Source: a virus
Lineage: Duplodnaviria; Caudoviricetes
Direction: 5' to 3' (one strand)
IMG/VR virus record: IMGVR_UViG_3300033067_000720
Location: 1-44,922 of that record
DNA length: 44,922 bases
Under the pieces are notes generated by a model. That model worked only from the letters and a program-made list of their open reading frames with translations, was not told where the DNA came from and did not search any database. Position numbers and translations under genes: made by a program. Shown piece by piece: positions 34,740 to 42,870 of the stretch; the first letter of the stretch is position 1, and each line of letters starts with the position of its first letter.

Positions 34740-35107
34740 AATTTCACCGGCAAAAGCGGAGATCCTTGATTTCCTTGCGAATATAGTTTTGCAAAGATTT
34801 GTCAATGATGCGAGTCATTCTCATTTAGCCCTAGTCACGGGCCCTCCGGGCCCAGGTAGCCGTCCTTCGAGCGGACTAGGAGCCAGTAGAGCGCTCTGGC
34901 CTTCGAGGAGCAGGCCCCCAGCAGAACAGCGAACCTGAATCGTTAAAGTTTTCTTAACGATCCGATATTTGGGCTCTTTTTCCCTGGGCAGAGGAGCGCC
35001 TGCTAATTTCCTGAAGCGGACGGTCTTCGAGCGCACCGTTTTGGGGCAGGAATCGCTCTTTTTTCTCGTACGAGACGGCGGGTGTCCACGTTTACGTATC
35101 CCCAGGC

Positions 35108-35121
35108 CCGGGGTACCCCGG
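35108..35121. repeat. 14-bp perfect palindrome in the non-coding late/early boundary
   Basis: CCGGGGTACCCCGG. Confidence 0.6.
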
Positions 35122-35606
35122 TCCTCGCAGGCTGCGCGCCGCTGCGCGGCGCCGCTCGCATGCGTGCTCTCGTGCTGCCCGGCTGTCCGCTGGCCGTGCG
35201 TCGCGGTAGGATCCCATGCGTGTGCGCTACCGCGCAGCGGCCATGCGCTAGGTAGGGCAGGGAGGCAGGGGGGCTATGCCCGGCGAATCCTCGGACCGCG
35301 TGAGCCTACGGACTCGGGCCCGGCACTACCCGCTTGCGTCTAGTCCGCTCCCGCTCTCGCCTAGCCTGTCGGATGCGCTCAGCGTAGCGCATGCGCTGCC
35401 ACCATAGCAGCGCGCTTGCGTCCCTCCTATCCCCGTCCAGCATGCTTGCCAGTGTCGGCGTCATGGCACGTATAGCAGAATCAGGCCCGATAGCGTGCCC
35501 AGTCCGCACCAGAAATAGAACCATGCCGGCTCACGCCAGTCTGCCCATATTCCCCAGAAGGAAAGCAGCGCGCTAAGCGCTGCCATCCCGTTCAGCGCTG
35601 CGGCGC

Positions 35607-35843
35607 TCATGATTCGCACGCATCGCGGCCCGCATCCGTGATGATGCCGGCCCGTGTGATGTATCCCAGTTCAATCAGGCGCGCGGCTGCGCGGCCATAG
35701 CTGCCTTGCAGCTGCCATGCCATGCCGGAGGCTATCAGCTGCGCGAAGAGTTCAATCGTGGCGCTTGCGTCCAGTTCGCCGTTCTCGTACGCCACCAGCT
35801 GCCCGATGTCGGGCATTGTGGCACGCTGTGGTTCAGTGTTCAT
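35607..35843 (-). CDS. Conserved small phage early protein
   Basis: AGGAG SD; AYENGEL...LFAQLI.SG.AWQLQGSYGR.A..LIE.G motif. Confidence 0.8.
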   Translation of the reverse strand: MNTEPQRATMPDIGQLVAYENGELDASATIELFAQLIASGMAWQLQGSYGRAAARLIELGYITRAGIITDAGRDACES

Positions 35844-35985
35844 ATCGTCTCGCTCCTGCTTTGAATGATGGAAAAGCAACCAGACCATTCGGCATAGGTG
35901 CGCTGATCTGCAATCCGCAGCACGCACCAGCGTCCGTTGACTTCGCGGGCGACACATATTGTGCCCCTAGGCCAATTCCAGCCAA

Positions 35986-36162
35986 TCATGCTCTATTGCT
36001 CCTCATTAGGCGCAGAGTATCAGCTGCGCGCTTTTTTAAAGCGCACTCGCTATGAATAGGGAAAAGCCGCGTATAGTCTGCGGCATTCCCACCGTACTTG
36101 TCTGCCCGCTCCTTGGCACTAGGCACCAAAACAACAGGCAGCCCACAAAGACGACAATTCAT
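35986..36162 (-). CDS. Small Cys/His-containing early protein
   Basis: MNCRLCG.PVVLVPSA.ERA.KYGG...H..C. Confidence 0.7.
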   Translation of the reverse strand: MNCRLCGLPVVLVPSAKERADKYGGNAADYTRLFPIHSECALKKRAADTLRLMRSNRA

Positions 36163-36172
36163 GAGCCGTGCT

Positions 36173-36319
36173 CTACTTGACGCGACGGAAACGGAAGGCC
36201 AGCGACCATTGTGCCGCGTATGCGTCCACACTGTTTCGCGGATCATATCCGCGTGATGCGGCTGCCTTCATGATGCGCTTGATTTGCTGGACATTGTTCC
36301 GTGACTTATCGGTGTTCAT
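36173..36319 (-). CDS. 48-aa early protein (not in ORF track)
   Basis: TAGGAG SD; MNTDKSRNNVQQIKRIMKAAASRGYDP...; first gene after the leftward promoter. Confidence 0.6.
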   Translation of the reverse strand: MNTDKSRNNVQQIKRIMKAAASRGYDPRNSVDAYAAQWSLAFRFRRVK

Positions 36320-36360
36320 TGCTAAAGACTCCTAGACGCTGCTTGTTGATCGACGGACCT

Positions 36361-36389
36361 AGTATCGGCCATGCCGCTACGGATTGCAA
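36361..36389 (-). promoter_or_regulatory. Leftward host sigma70-type early promoter
   Basis: TTGCAA-N17-GATACT on the minus strand. Confidence 0.6.
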
Positions 36390-36423
36390 GAGCGTTTAGG
36401 CATAAGCATATAGCCAAATGGAA

Positions 36424-36451
36424 TTGACAAGGATGTCCGGGATGCTATGCT
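36424..36451 (+). promoter_or_regulatory. Rightward host sigma70-type early promoter
   Basis: TTGACA-N16-TATGCT with extended -10 TG. Confidence 0.75.
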
Positions 36452-36485
36452 TGCCTTCGTTCAATCACTTCTAGGAGTCAAGACA

Positions 36486-36917
36486 ATGCGTAACTTCCAT
36501 CCCTCTAACCAAGCACAGCTGGTACTGCTATCCGCGTATCGCCCGGATCGCTCGCTGAAGGAGAATGGCGACGCATCGTATGCGCTGGCCGAGCAATTGC
36601 GCGGCGCCAATCTCGGCTTCGAAGTCTGCCGGGGGTTCTGGGAAGGCAAAGAGGAGCAATCCTTTTGTGTCTACCTTGGGGAATCCGGCATTGCCGGCGA
36701 CATCTATGCGGGCATCGAATCCCTTGCGCGCCAATTCCATCAGGACGCAATCCTGCACGTCGATTCACAAGGCCTTGTCTATCTCGATTGGCTGCAGGAT
36801 ACGCGCGATGAGCTGATTGGCGTTTGGCGCGAACTGCCGGAAGGTGCAGAGCTCCCGCAAGGATACACGGTATTCCCTGACGGACGGACATTCTACGCGG
36901 CGCCTATTGGCGCCTAG
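36486..36917 (+). CDS. S-adenosylmethionine lyase (T3 SAMase-like)
   Basis: Matches T3 SAMase motifs as recalled from memory: LSAYR~VSAFR, EEQS~EEKT, HQDAIL~EQDCVL, GVWRELPEGA~GSFQEVPKGA; first early gene. Confidence 0.8.
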   Translation: MRNFHPSNQAQLVLLSAYRPDRSLKENGDASYALAEQLRGANLGFEVCRGFWEGKEEQSFCVYLGESGIAGDIYAGIESLARQFHQDAILHVDSQGLVYLDWLQDTRDELIGVWRELPEGAELPQGYTVFPDGRTFYAAPIGA

Positions 36918-36986
36918 TGGCATGGCTGCAAGGAGTGTGCCCACGGCGCTCCTTGTGGCGATTCCATTGGCCTAGGATATACTGCC

Positions 36987-37199
36987 ATGATGTATCAAGA
37001 ATGCCAGATTGAGGTACGGCTTACGCTGTCCGTTGATGCACGCTTGACACGCGGCGCTATTATTGACGCTGTGTGTGCGCTGTTGCGCGAGAAGCTGGAG
37101 CGGCAGGCCTACGCGGAAGGAGCGCCGATCAATGAGGTGCACGCGCGGGCGCTTGTCGGCACGCTCAAGGAAGAGGCGCAGATTTACGGTAATCTTTAA
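36987..37199 (+). CDS. Hypothetical early protein
   Basis: AGGA SD; ORF in the early operon. Confidence 0.6.
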   Translation: MMYQECQIEVRLTLSVDARLTRGAIIDAVCALLREKLERQAYAEGAPINEVHARALVGTLKEEAQIYGNL

Positions 37200-37264
37200 C
37201 GCAGACGTGCCTACGGCCCGTTTGGCATGCATCATCGCCACACTATTCGAGAGGAGCCTACGCC

Positions 37265-37597
37265 ATGCGCAAGATTGACCGAGATATGATCGCCGCCATC
37301 CGTGCCGGCAAGAATCGCACACTCGGGAATACATACGTCAACCCCATTGTCGGCGGGGTCGAGGTGCACCTGCACGGGAATCATATTGCCACGATCACGG
37401 ACTACGGCATGCGCTTCACGCTGGCCGGCTGGCCTACGCCTACCACGCGATCGCGTATCACTGCACTATTGCAGACTTTCATTCACGCCAATGCCCGCGT
37501 CTATCAGACTGCCGGCCTACAGTATGTTACCGTGCCCGAAGGGCCGAACGGCTGGCAGCAGCGGGCCATTTCGCCTACGGAATGGGTGCAAGCATGA
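37265..37597 (+). CDS. Conserved phage early protein
   Basis: MRKID..M..AI...V.LHGNHIA...AGWPTPTTRSRITALL. Confidence 0.8.
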   Translation: MRKIDRDMIAAIRAGKNRTLGNTYVNPIVGGVEVHLHGNHIATITDYGMRFTLAGWPTPTTRSRITALLQTFIHANARVYQTAGLQYVTVPEGPNGWQQRAISPTEWVQA

Positions 37598-37863
37598 AAC
37601 AACTTACAGACTTTTCTATAGCTGCCGAAGAGATGCTGGCAGCGTACGGTAATTGCGGAAGCCCGCGCCAGCAAGAAGCTGCAAATGCCCTGGCGCAATG
37701 CATACGGGTGATGAATGCTTATCGTGCGACTCCGGCAATAATACATGCCGCGAATGAAATCTATGCCAGCGATGACATAGAACTGGACGATGACGCCACT
37801 ACATCCCCAGCCGAGGACGGTTCCGGATGTTGGGTTTCGGCTTGGGTTTGGGTGCCTTCATGA
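37594..37863 (+). CDS. Hypothetical early protein
   Basis: ATGA coupling; C-terminal G.WVSAWVWV motif. Confidence 0.7.
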   Translation: MKQLTDFSIAAEEMLAAYGNCGSPRQQEAANALAQCIRVMNAYRATPAIIHAANEIYASDDIELDDDATTSPAEDGSGCWVSAWVWVPS

Positions 37864-38108
37864 GCTCGGATACCGCCCACATTGCGCCCTTTCTGTCCCT
37901 TGTCGGGGCGCGCAAGGTGCGCATCTCGGCTGATGGAGTGGCCGTATTCAATGCCTATTGGCCGTGCTCCAAGCTGCGGCCTACGCGCGCCTACTGGTTC
38001 GAGTTCGATGACGACGGCAATCTCGTCGACACTGACGTCCCCGAGCACGACGACGGACCAGAAGCGGCAGCACTGTCGGCGGATTGTCTGGAGTGGCTCG
38101 AATCATGA
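37860..38108 (+). CDS. Hypothetical early protein
   Basis: ATGA coupling; WPCSKL...WFEFDDDGNLVD. Confidence 0.7.
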   Translation: MSSDTAHIAPFLSLVGARKVRISADGVAVFNAYWPCSKLRPTRAYWFEFDDDGNLVDTDVPEHDDGPEAAALSADCLEWLES

Positions 38109-38500
38109 TGCAATCGGATGCCCTATACACCGCGCTGCAGGGTCTCGCCGGCAATGCCAAGAAGCTCGCCGGCGATGACTGGGAATCGCTCTTGCATGAT
38201 GCCTACATCAAGGCACGCGAGACTAAGAGCGTTCCTGACAAGCTGGGGCCGTGGCTCAATCGCATGCTACATACGCTGTACTGGGATAGCATCCGCTGGA
38301 TGCATCGTGGGCATGCCCAGTACGGGCAGAGGTTCATACAGCTCGAAGAGCCTACGCAATGCGAGTCTCGCGAGCCATTCCAGCTGACGCCTACAGAAGC
38401 GGAAGCGTTCGTGCTGCAGCTCGAAGAGCACCGCGCTGCCTACGGATCCGATTTGTCTGATATGCTCCCCCTCTCACTTGCCGAACGGAGACGCCGATGA
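38105..38500 (+). CDS. ECF-sigma region-2-like protein without a clear region 4
   Basis: DWESLLHDAYIKA...LGPWLNRMLHTLYWDSIR resembles the ECF sigma2 consensus D.EDL.Q..F.KA...WL......N...D..R. Confidence 0.55.
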   Translation: MMQSDALYTALQGLAGNAKKLAGDDWESLLHDAYIKARETKSVPDKLGPWLNRMLHTLYWDSIRWMHRGHAQYGQRFIQLEEPTQCESREPFQLTPTEAEAFVLQLEEHRAAYGSDLSDMLPLSLAERRRR

Positions 38501-39204
38501 AAACCACCCCAATTACCAACGATGCCGCCAAGGAACTGCGCTACAAGGCGCTCTATGGCAACAAGGCAGCACGAGACCAACTCTGGGTTGCTGCCTACGC
38601 GACGGTTTCGATGGTCGCCGGGCGGCTGCGCCGGGACGGCCTACTGACCTCCGTGGCATTGGACGACGAGGACCTGATACAAGAAGGCATCCTTGCCGCA
38701 GGCAGGGCGCTCGACAAGTGGGATCCGGAGAAGGGGGCATTCTCCACCTGGGTCACGCATAGGGCCGCAGGGGCGATGCTTACGTATGCCGCCAAGGTGG
38801 CCAAGGGCGGCCTCACGGGCCGCCACGAACGCGCCGTACTGGTCGACATGGACGAAGCCGTGGGGGAGGAGGAGGGCTACAGCGACGGAGATCGCCCGGG
38901 AGAGACGCAAGGCGCGGCCTATACGCTCGGGGATACACTAGCGGAGGACGAGGATCCGGAGATTGCAGAATCGCAGAAGATCAAGGACGTTGCCGGCCTG
39001 ATCGGCCTACTTGAGGGCGGAGAAGCCTACCGTGCTATTTGCCTGTACTTCGGGGTTGGCGCCAAGTTCGAGCATACGTTCAGGGAGATCGCCGACGTTC
39101 TCAACCTGGGCTCGCATGAGGCGGCGCGCCGGCTGGTAGCGGAGGCGATCGACACGATCCGCGTGCGCTCCCGCTCGAAAGTTGTGCAACTGAGGAGGAA
39201 GTGA
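38497..39204 (+). CDS. RNA polymerase sigma-70 family factor
   Basis: Region 2 EDLIQEGILAAGRALDKWDPEKGAFSTW; region 4 LYFG...HTFREIADVLNLGSHEAARRL. Confidence 0.9.
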   Translation: MKTTPITNDAAKELRYKALYGNKAARDQLWVAAYATVSMVAGRLRRDGLLTSVALDDEDLIQEGILAAGRALDKWDPEKGAFSTWVTHRAAGAMLTYAAKVAKGGLTGRHERAVLVDMDEAVGEEEGYSDGDRPGETQGAAYTLGDTLAEDEDPEIAESQKIKDVAGLIGLLEGGEAYRAICLYFGVGAKFEHTFREIADVLNLGSHEAARRLVAEAIDTIRVRSRSKVVQLRRK

Positions 39205-39223
39205 CAGATACTTCTAGTAAGGG
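39181..39223 (+). promoter_or_regulatory. Putative phage-sigma promoter P2, overlapping the sigma gene 3' end
   Basis: GTTGTGCA-N17-AGATACTTCTAGTAAGGG. Confidence 0.75.
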
Positions 39224-39554
39224 CGGATGATTCCGTCCACGGTACTCCCCACCGCAAGCAGTGTGCGCTACGTGTCGCAGCCGGGAAGAGAAGCACGGAA
39301 CGAGTCCACCCCCTGTGAGGGCCGGGGGGCTGTCAGTACCAGTGTACCCTGGGAGAACAGCAAAGCGGGTAAACGGACCCAAGAGAGCCGCTGTAGGCGG
39401 CTCTTGAGAGGGAGTGTCGGACTGCCAAGGAATGGCGAACCGATCCGCATGAGAGCATGGACTCGGGAGAAGGTGCGAAGAGTTAGACAGGCAGAGGGTC
39501 CTTAAGGCCCTCTATGATCGGCTATTGCCTACCGAAAGGTAGAGGAGTTCTAGG

Positions 39555-39905
39555 ATGAAGAAGGCAATTCGTGACGCATGGGTGCAGAGCCTCCGCAGCG
39601 GGCTGTACCCGCAGATTCAAGGGCAGCTGTGCCGCAAGGAGAATGGCGGGCTGGGATTCTGCGTGCTGGGCGTGCTGGCGGATGTCGCGGACCCGACGGC
39701 CTGGGGGGCTCCTCCGGAGCACGAGGGCGGTACTCGGTATTTCGCAGGGGCACACAGCGGAGCATTGCCGAGCTATCTTATGTTGGAGGTAGGGCTGCCA
39801 GAAGAAGCAGAGCGCACGCTCGTCGCTCTTAACGATAAGGAAGGCAAGACCTTCCCCGAGATCGCCGCCTGGATCGAGCAGAATATCCCGGCAGAGGCTG
39901 CGTGA
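39555..39905 (+). CDS. Conserved hypothetical phage protein
   Basis: W..SLRSG.Y.Q..G.L...FCVLGVL...LNDKEGKTFPEIAAWIE. Confidence 0.8.
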   Translation: MKKAIRDAWVQSLRSGLYPQIQGQLCRKENGGLGFCVLGVLADVADPTAWGAPPEHEGGTRYFAGAHSGALPSYLMLEVGLPEEAERTLVALNDKEGKTFPEIAAWIEQNIPAEAA

Positions 39906-40117
39906 TGGCAGAGCGGCATGAGCTGTTCGAGGAGCTGGACGCCTGGGACCCGCGATGGAGGGAACACTATCCCTCCGTCCGGACTGCTGCCGGCGCAGCA
40001 GGGCTCGTGCATCTCTTCGTAGCCTACCGGGCTACGCCGGCAGGACAAGAGTACGAGCGGCTGCTGCGGGGCGTGCCAGACGCCTACAGCGCGATTCAGG
40101 AGATCAAGAATGGATGA
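39905..40117 (+). CDS. Hypothetical protein
   Basis: TGATG coupling. Confidence 0.65.
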   Translation: MAERHELFEELDAWDPRWREHYPSVRTAAGAAGLVHLFVAYRATPAGQEYERLLRGVPDAYSAIQEIKNG

Positions 40118-40721
40118 TGGGACGTCATACCAGGATCGCCTTAGAAAAGAGGATTGGGAAGTAAAGCCCTGTCCTCTTGCGGAGGCCCAGGCGCTTGTGC
40201 GGCTCTACCATTATGCCCGTGGAGGCAGTAATACAGCAGTATATACACACGGGCTCTATCACAAGGGAGAGGGGGCTCTTTATGGAGTGGTCTGGTGGCT
40301 TCCACCCACAAGAGTTGCCTGTGAGTCCGTAGACACAGCGCGATGGAAGCAGGTCTTGTCGCTGACTAGAATGGTAGTAAGCCCTAGATGCCCAAAAAAT
40401 GCGTGTTCATTTCTGCTGGCTAGGAGTGTGGCTCTGATCAAAAAAGAGCGTCGATTTGTGGCTCTCGTAACGTACGCGGACGAGTCTCAGGGGCACACTG
40501 GGGGAGTCTATAAGGCGGCTGGCTGGCACTATGTAGGACGGACGGGACCGTACCCAAGGTGGCTTGACTCGCAAGGAAAGCAAGTATCCCCAAAGGCCAC
40601 AAAGAACAGGACTAAGGCGGAGATGGAGGCCCTAGGGCATCGCCTGGTGGGTAGATTTCATAAGCACAAGTATGTCCTGATTTTAGAACCGAAAAAGCAG
40701 GGAGTCCAGAATGACCAGTGA
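40110..40721 (+). CDS. Mom-family DNA modification protein (GNAT fold)
   Basis: HY...LSLTRMVV...KNACSFLL...TYADESQGHTGGVYKAAGWHYVG. Confidence 0.8.
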   Translation: MDDGTSYQDRLRKEDWEVKPCPLAEAQALVRLYHYARGGSNTAVYTHGLYHKGEGALYGVVWWLPPTRVACESVDTARWKQVLSLTRMVVSPRCPKNACSFLLARSVALIKKERRFVALVTYADESQGHTGGVYKAAGWHYVGRTGPYPRWLDSQGKQVSPKATKNRTKAEMEALGHRLVGRFHKHKYVLILEPKKQGVQNDQ

Positions 40722-41514
40722 CGAGAGCCTGATCCTGATGGAGGCGAGCTTCCTGTCCATCGGGCAGTCCGTACGCACCGTATGCCCAATGTGTGGGGGT
40801 GGGAATAAGCATGAGCGTACGTTCTCCGTGTCGCGCACGCCAGAAGGCGTGGTGTACAACTGCCACCGAGGCTCCTGTGATACGAAGGGCTTCCTGCCTA
40901 CCGCAGGGGCTCTCGTGCATGCGCCGGCAAAGCCTACGCCGCAGCGCGCCTACGAGGGGGCGCTCCACGGGCTCACGGAGGAGGATCTTGCATTCTTCCT
41001 GGAGCGCTACGAGATCACGCCCCCTATCGGCTGGTACCGCAACGATTATGACGAGTACGTGCTGAGCATCCACAATCCGATCGGCTATACTCGCGGCTAC
41101 AACGTGCGGCAGCCGTGGCCGGGAGCCCCGATAAAGGGGCGCCCGGACAAGCCGAAGTCGCGCGTATGGATGCACGCCAGCGGCCCGGTGCAGAGCTTCC
41201 ATAACTTCGGCTGTGCGAATGACGTCGTCGTGCTGGTCGAGGATCAGTTGAGCGCCGTCAAGGCGCAGGCAGCCGGCATCGGCGCTGTGGCACTGATGGG
41301 GACGCACCTGAGCGCGGACAAGGTGCGCGAGATCGCCATGCTACGCCCCAAGGAGGTCATCATTGCGCTCGACGCGGATGCGACAGGGCTGGCGTTCAAG
41401 CACGCTCGCGAGTGGGGCATGGCCTTCAACAAGACACGGGTGGCTGTCCTGGAGCGCGATCTCAAGGACTGCAACATGGATGAAATTTCGTATATTTTGG
41501 GGGTGGAGCGATGA
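40711..41514 (+). CDS. DNA primase (Zn finger plus TOPRIM)
   Basis: CPMCGG...YNCHRGSC; LVEDQLSA; ALMGT; ALDADA. Confidence 0.92.
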   Translation: MTSDESLILMEASFLSIGQSVRTVCPMCGGGNKHERTFSVSRTPEGVVYNCHRGSCDTKGFLPTAGALVHAPAKPTPQRAYEGALHGLTEEDLAFFLERYEITPPIGWYRNDYDEYVLSIHNPIGYTRGYNVRQPWPGAPIKGRPDKPKSRVWMHASGPVQSFHNFGCANDVVVLVEDQLSAVKAQAAGIGAVALMGTHLSADKVREIAMLRPKEVIIALDADATGLAFKHAREWGMAFNKTRVAVLERDLKDCNMDEISYILGVER

Positions 41515-41645
41515 TTGCCTGGATCAAGCGCTGGCTGCGAAGCAGGCCAGCGCATGTCATCACTGGATGGAACCCCCGCGCCGCGTCCAAGCACGCTGTA
41601 TGGTATCGCGACACACGCACACCAAGGACATCGAATGCACGATAG
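41511..41645 (+). CDS. 44-aa hypothetical protein (not in ORF track)
   Basis: ATGA overlap with the primase stop; GGAG SD; MIAWIKRWLRSR... Confidence 0.5.
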   Translation: MIAWIKRWLRSRPAHVITGWNPRAASKHAVWYRDTRTPRTSNAR

Positions 41646-42870
41646 CGCTGTACTAACCGCCTGCATGGCCTCTCGCGGGGCCTATGCCCGCGTTGCTCCG
41701 CACATGCACGACGGGGACTTCACTCCGACGGCTGCTTTCTGGTGGAAGCTGGTGGGGGAGTGGTACGACCGCGATCCGCAGGCCCAGTCCGTCGACAAGT
41801 CTCTGCTTGCCGGCATGGGCAAGCGGCGCATCACCAATCCGAAGCATGAGGAGACATTGCTTGGCTATCTTCGCGATCTTGATACTGGGGTTTCTGTTGA
41901 AAACGTGGTTCAAGACGCTCTAGAGCTCAAGCGCTTCAACAAGGGCATGGAGCTTGCGTCCGCGATCGGCTCCCAGGCCCCTGCAGAGAAGCAACGCAAG
42001 CTGCTGGAGGAATTCCAGGACCTTTTGGGGGCCACCAGCCTGCAGTCCCTGAAAGGGGAGTGGGAGGAGGCGGTCGACTGGGCGGATCTAGACTCTGTCG
42101 TCGGCCAGGCCAAGCGTATCCCGTTCAGCATCAAGACGCTGACAGAGCGCACGAACGGCGGAGCGCTGCCGGGGCACAGCATCCTGATCTACGGCAGGCC
42201 CGAGGTTGGCAAGAGCCTCCTGGCGCTTGAGATGACCGCAGGCATGCTCTGGCAGAAGCAGCGCGTGCTCTACATCGGCAACGAGGATTCGATTCATGTA
42301 CTCAAGAAGCGCATGCTTGTACGACTCTCCGGTAAGACAGAAACAGAGATTGACTCGTCGCCTAAGCTCAGGGGACTGGCGGTTGAAACCGCTAGACAAA
42401 AGGCAGATGGTAGGTTGCGGATGCTGCATCTGCATCGCGGCACTGCGGCAGATGTGGAACACGCGATTCATGATTTTGAACCGCAAGTATTGGTACTCGA
42501 CCAGATTAGGAACCTACAAGCGCACACAGCTGAAGGGAAGACTACGCAACGGCTCGAACAGGTGGCCTCTGATGTACGTTACTTGCTCGCGCGGTATTCC
42601 CTCATCGGCATCTCCGTCACCCAAGCGAATGATCGCTCTGAAGGATACAAGCAGAAGCCGCCCATCTGGCTATCCCTAGCGGACATCGATAGCAGCCGTA
42701 CTGGGCTGCCGGCGCAGATGGATCTGATCGTAGGTGTAGGCGCAGATGAGAACATGATGCAGCGTAACCAGCGGGCGCTGTCTCTGCCGAAGAACAAGCT
42801 GTCCTCTGCGCAGAATGCGCATGAGGGATTCATCGTCGAGTACGACATCGAACACGGGAGGGTCAAGTAA
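41635..42870 (+). CDS. DnaB-like replicative helicase
   Basis: Walker A GRPEVGKS, YIGNED, LVLDQ, VTQA; AAGGA SD before MHDSAV. Confidence 0.93.
   Translation: MHDSAVLTACMASRGAYARVAPHMHDGDFTPTAAFWWKLVGEWYDRDPQAQSVDKSLLAGMGKRRITNPKHEETLLGYLRDLDTGVSVENVVQDALELKRFNKGMELASAIGSQAPAEKQRKLLEEFQDLLGATSLQSLKGEWEEAVDWADLDSVVGQAKRIPFSIKTLTERTNGGALPGHSILIYGRPEVGKSLLALEMTAGMLWQKQRVLYIGNEDSIHVLKKRMLVRLSGKTETEIDSSPKLRGLAVETARQKADGRLRMLHLHRGTAADVEHAIHDFEPQVLVLDQIRNLQAHTAEGKTTQRLEQVASDVRYLLARYSLIGISVTQANDRSEGYKQKPPIWLSLADIDSSRTGLPAQMDLIVGVGADENMMQRNQRALSLPKNKLSSAQNAHEGFIVEYDIEHGRVK

Noticed and set aside
35306-35524. 72-aa minus-strand ORF at the end of the leftward early unit
   Set aside because: No clear SD or motif, and an Arg-rich low-complexity tail. 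It could be real but is unsupported.
36468-36475. ACTTCTAG as a fourth copy of the phage promoter
   Set aside because: Only the core octamer matches, there is no TTGTG box at the right distance, and it overlaps the SD of the SAM lyase gene.
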